64,000 nt of DNA from Camelus dromedarius (taxonomy: Eukaryota): the NCBI RefSeq assembly GCF_036321535.1, contig NC_087472.1:102240001-102304000 (forward strand), in the 5' to 3' direction. The notes beneath the pieces are model-generated. The model was not told the origin of the DNA. It made no database searches and saw nothing but the letters and a program-made list of their open reading frames with translations. The first letter of the stretch is position 1. Every line of letters begins with the position of its first letter. Shown here in pieces: positions 60,048 to 64,000 of the stretch. The translations under genes were made by a program, and so were the position numbers.

Positions 60048-60434
60048 TGATAAAGGAAATTCGAATAGGGCCCCACATAATGGAGGCTGCCCCATTGGCT
60101 TGGTTCACATTACAAATCTAAACCTAAGTTGGCCTGCACTGAAGGGAGACACCTCACTGCCTAGGAAACCTAACATATGCAAATCACAATCCTCCAACTC
60201 AGCTTTAGCTAGCTCACCTTACCCTAGAAAACAGGATGTGCTAATCTTACTAGGAAATCCCTAACCTCCTAGCCAACCGTGCCCTGTTTCTGCATTGCTC
60301 CTTCTAAGGCTCTATAAAATTCCTTCTTCCCCCAAATCTCTCAGGAACAGTGCTCCCCCAATCCATGGGATGTTTTCCTTTAAATAAAGGATATCAAACT
60401 TGCTACTGAATTGTATTATTTTTATCATTTGACA
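60048..60434 (+). mobile_element. ERV1-type solo LTR
   Basis: TGATAAAGG...TTTGACA, TATAAAA at ~60314, AATAAA at ~60383; flanks CTAT / CTGT (3/4 match). Confidence 0.7.
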
Positions 60435-60463
60435 CTGTGCAGCAATATGAAGTGTATAGACTT

Positions 60464-60913
60464 TGTCAAAGTGCCCACAAAGGCCACTAGAGCCACCCTT
60501 GATCAGACAAAGCAGGTTGATTAAACTTGCTGAGTAAAGGAGAGCCCCAAGTTCAAAAAGTCTCAGTAGTAACTTAAAAGAAGGAAGTTAGAGAAGCTAC
60601 ATACGTATAAGGCTTGGGGGACTGGGTTCAGATGGTTCTAAGGCTGGTCTGGGCAGGGAATGAACATGTATCAAAGTTTGTAAACCACACAAGTTGCTGA
60701 ACCTTGGAACACATGGATCTGAATGGGCTGATGTTAAAAACAGTTTGAGCTTAAGCAGTTTTTGTTGCAAGTTTGTGGTTTGCCTTTCTGGGACAGATAG
60801 TTATGTTATCCATTATAGGAAATTATGCTGTAAGCAGTGTTCCAATATAACATTGAAAGGACATGCAGCCATCATTTTGCCTATTTATAAGTTCTGCATA
60901 TTTTTTTCTTAAC
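60464..60913 (-). mobile_element. ERV-type LTR (subfamily uncertain)
   Basis: TGTCAAAGTGCCC...TTTTTCTTAACA with TG/CA termini and LTR-like internal motifs. Confidence 0.5.
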
Positions 60914-61353
60914 AAAATTAACAGCTGTGCACTAGAGGTCTGGGGGCAAAATGATATGGTGCAGAGATGACAATCTGTAGATCCAACTCAGCATCATTGG
61001 CAGCACAGTGCTGAGTTGAGAAGGATTTTGAGGCCATGCCTGGGGTCTTAAAGAAAGAATCCCATGATCTATTACATTCTTTTAGGATTCTGGAGAATTG
61101 GAATGGTCTGTAGAAGTTGGAAAGCTAAAAACTACATTTTCTAGATTCCCCTGAAGCTAGATTTCAGATGTGATTTGGGTTTTGCCAAGCAGATGCCTTC
61201 AAGCCAGCAGGGCATGAAGCATCTCTGTGCTGGCATAGATCTTGGCTTCAGAACCCAAGCTTCCCTGGCTGTGCCTTTCTGGAGCATGGCTGTGTATGTC
61301 TTCTGTGGACTCCATGACCCAAACCAAGACTCTGCCATCAAAACCCCTTTGTT

Positions 61354-61478
61354 ATTTTTTGGGGGTGGGGGCTGGTAATTAGGTTTATTTATTTAATTTT
61401 TATAGAGTTACTGGGAATTGAACCAGGACCTTGTACATGTTAAGCAGGCGTTCTACCACGAAACTATACCCTCCCTCG
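61354..61478 (-). mobile_element. tRNA-derived SINE (vic-1-like) inside an old ERVL/MaLR LTR remnant (~61000-61540)
   Basis: Reverse SINE GGTAATTAGGTTTATT...GAATTGAACCAGGACC...CTATACCCTCCC. Confidence 0.8.
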
Positions 61479-61848
61479 CTTTGTTATTTACTTGAGCTTC
61501 TGTCACTTGCAACCAAGGGTCCTGAGTGATATATCTAATGGTACATAAAATTTTCTTTTCAATTTCAGGGCCTCAGAAAACCCATCCACAAACCCCAGAT
61601 TAAAAAGCTCTACTATAAGGACTTAATAATTTATCATTTTGCTCTGAGTGTATCTACACAACACTGAAAATCTAGTACAAAGTCTCTGAAATCTCCATCC
61701 ACATGGCTATAGTCAAGAGATTATAAATAATACTTTTGGAAGTTTCAGAAAAAAATATTGGTCTTTTTCTCTTCTATTGATTCACCATGGTACCTAAAAT
61801 CCTCTCTTAAGGGCATGTTTCTCCATGTTAAACTATAACACCTTATTT

Positions 61849-62136
61849 TTTTAAACATTTTTTTATTGAGTTATAGTCATTTTACAATGTTGTGTCAAAT
61901 TCCAGTGAAGAGCACAATTTTTTAGTTATACATGAACACACATATATTCATTGTCACATTTTTTTTTTTTGCTGTGAGCTACCACAAGATCCTGTATATA
62001 TTTCCCTGTGCTATACAGTATAATCTTGTTTATCTATTCTACATATGCCTGTCAGTATCTACAAATTTTGAACTCCCAGTTTATCCCTTCCCACCCCCCT
62101 CCCCTTTGGCAACCACAAGTTTGTATTCTATGTATG
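61849..62136 (-). mobile_element. Young L1 3' end
   Basis: Reverse complement of the 36320-36580 type 3' UTR. TSD ACACCTTATTT (61838-61848 / 62137-62147). Confidence 0.85.
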
Positions 62137-62359
62137 ACACCTTATTTATTCTGGTTTTTTTTTTTCAAACAAATAGGTCCTATATCCCTATTACAGTGGA
62201 CACTATAATACATGAAGGCAATAGACATGATTCATGCTCCCATGGAGATTTAAGACAAGAAGAAGAGAAAGACAAGTAAGCGGAGGGGGTCTCTTATTTA
62301 AATGCCCCATGTAATATTTATCATTTATTAGACTAAATTAGAAATTTATTTACAAAATA

Positions 62360-62965
62360 GTCAATCTGTTTGGCATTATCTACTAAAGTTAAACATACAT
62401 CATCCCATGACCTAACAATCCCACTGGTAGATTTAGAACCAAGAAAAATGGTGCATAGCTCTACCAAAAGACTTACATGATGTATATGCATGATTGGAAC
62501 ATTGTGCTGTACAGCAGAAATTGACATATTGTAACTGACTATACTTCAATTTAAAATAAAATAAAATAAAATAAAATAAAGACTTATACAAGAATGTATT
62601 CATAATAGCCAAAAACTGGAAACAACCCAAATGTCCATCAACAGGACAATAGATAAACAAGTATGATTTATTCATACAAATGGAAAACTATAAAGCTAAA
62701 AAAGAAACAAATTCCTGCTAGCCCCAACTATGTGGATGAATCTCGCAGATAATATAAGTGAAAGAAGCCAGACACTGAGGATTACATACTGTTCAATTCC
62801 ATTTAAATTAAGTTCAAGAATGTGCGAAACTAATTGATGGTGATAGAACTCGGTAGAGTGGTTACCTCTGGACTGGGGAGTGATACTGACTGGGAAAGGG
62901 GCATGAGACTAGCTACTACACAACTGTATATGTGTTATATCTCAATTTCAAAAGTTTTATAAAAA
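62360..62965 (+). mobile_element. Old L1M 3' end containing a short young L1 tail (62478-62580)
   Basis: CATAATAGCCAAAAACTGGAAACAACCCAAATGTCCATCAACAGG. The insert has a (TAAAA)n tail and is flanked by AAAGACTTA. Confidence 0.8.
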
Positions 62966-63734
62966 GCCCTGTCATTTGGAGAGGCTTTGGACTGGAGCTG
63001 GAGCAGGGTTGTATACTGAAAAGGAGACCTCTTGAGGACACCGCCTGTGTTCCATATGGCAGTGTTGAAAAAGAGATTTGGAAGTACCACTGCTCATGTT
63101 TGGCTTCTTATGTGGGCTTAACTGTGACCTAGATGTATTCCATTAATAGGGGCCATTCACCTGTCAGCTCAGCCGTGGTAACTGAGGCAGGATAAACAAA
63201 GATGGGTTAAAACAAGCACTGGCTGATTTCAGCTGATTTCACCTGTGAGCTCTTATCATGAGATTTTTTTTTTAGTTTAATATAAACAGTAATCTGATCT
63301 AATTAAGTAATTACATTGCATCAAATCTGGCAATTAGAAAAGCCAAACACACTATTGTGCTGTCTTAAAAAAAATTAGAGACAAAATAAGACTCAAAAGA
63401 AACAAAAATTTTTTAATTTTTTTTAATATATATATTGTGCCTTACCAACAAGTGCTTGTAGTCAAAGGATCAAGGAAAAGCTAAAATAGTAAATAAAAAT
63501 AAAAATTGAGGAAAGAAGGACAGCCTCTACTGAAATATCAAAGTGAGATTAAACTACAAGATCATCAGGGTCAGATAGGTAATCATTCCACGTGGAGGGA
63601 CCAAGCTAGAGCTCTGGGGTGGGCTGGTGAAGTACCACCTAGAAAGCCTTAGCCTGAAGGAGAATCTTTTGCACTGTAGGTTGTCTGGGCAGACATTTTC
63701 CTGGATGGGATGGGAAGGAGAGGGCCTCTTACTT

Positions 63735-64000
63735 TTTAAACTGAAGTATAATTGCCATAAAATAAAACATATCAATCTCAAGTATACAGTTCAATGAGTT
63801 TTGACAATTACATACCTGTGTAACCACCACTCAAATTAAGACATAGAATATATCCTTCATCCCAGAAAACTTCCCTGTGCCTCATTCCAGTCAATCCCCA
63901 TTCAATCCCCAATACCCTCCAACCGCTTTCTGATTTTTATCACCCTAGATTAGTTTTGCTGAGAATTTCATCTACATGGAATCCAACAGAATGACTTCTT
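63735..64000 (-). mobile_element. Old L1M 3' end (runs off the window)
   Basis: AAGTATACAGTTCAATGAGTTTTGACAA...CCTGTGTAACCACCACTCAAATTAAGACATAGAATAT. Confidence 0.8.

Noticed and set aside
48762..61478. tRNA-Ala-like sequences as genuine tRNA genes
   Set aside because: They are degenerate and mutually divergent, and carry a shared non-tRNA 3' segment (CCTAATTACCTCCCC) and A-rich tails, so they are SINEs.
1..64000. Prokaryote-style systems (CRISPR arrays, operons, defence islands) or an intact ERV/transposase gene
   Set aside because: The sequence is mammalian intron and intergenic DNA. I saw no regularly spaced repeat-spacer array, no gag/pol/env or transposase ORF, and only truncated or disrupted L1 ORFs.

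Overview
Mammalian genomic DNA, probably camelid: it carries six copies of a short tRNA-derived SINE resembling camelid vic-1 and young lineage-specific L1 3' ends. The only recognisable protein-coding sequence is coding exon 1 of REPS2 (RALBP1-associated Eps domain-containing 2 / POB1; X-linked in human) on the minus strand at 39638-39871, inside a CpG-island promoter (~39.2-40.5 kb). Positions 1-39637 are intron 1 (I could not find exon 2 in the window) and ~40.5-64 kb is upstream intergenic DNA. Much of the window is interspersed repeat: L1, MaLR/ERV solo LTRs, hAT and Tigger DNA transposons, MIR/L2 and SINEs. Many of these keep target-site duplications (TSDs) that can be read directly. I see no convincing new multi-gene system. 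The most interesting observations are: a 3.06-kb composite L1 insertion bracketed by a perfect 15-bp TSD; an old duplication of apparently non-repeat intronic sequence; a candidate 48-nt stop-containing cassette exon in intron 1; a series of RFX X-box-like motifs along intron 1; and a dense upstream cluster of solo LTRs. Repeat subfamily names are from memory of consensus sequences and need RepeatMasker/Dfam confirmation. Repeat boundaries without a TSD are approximate.
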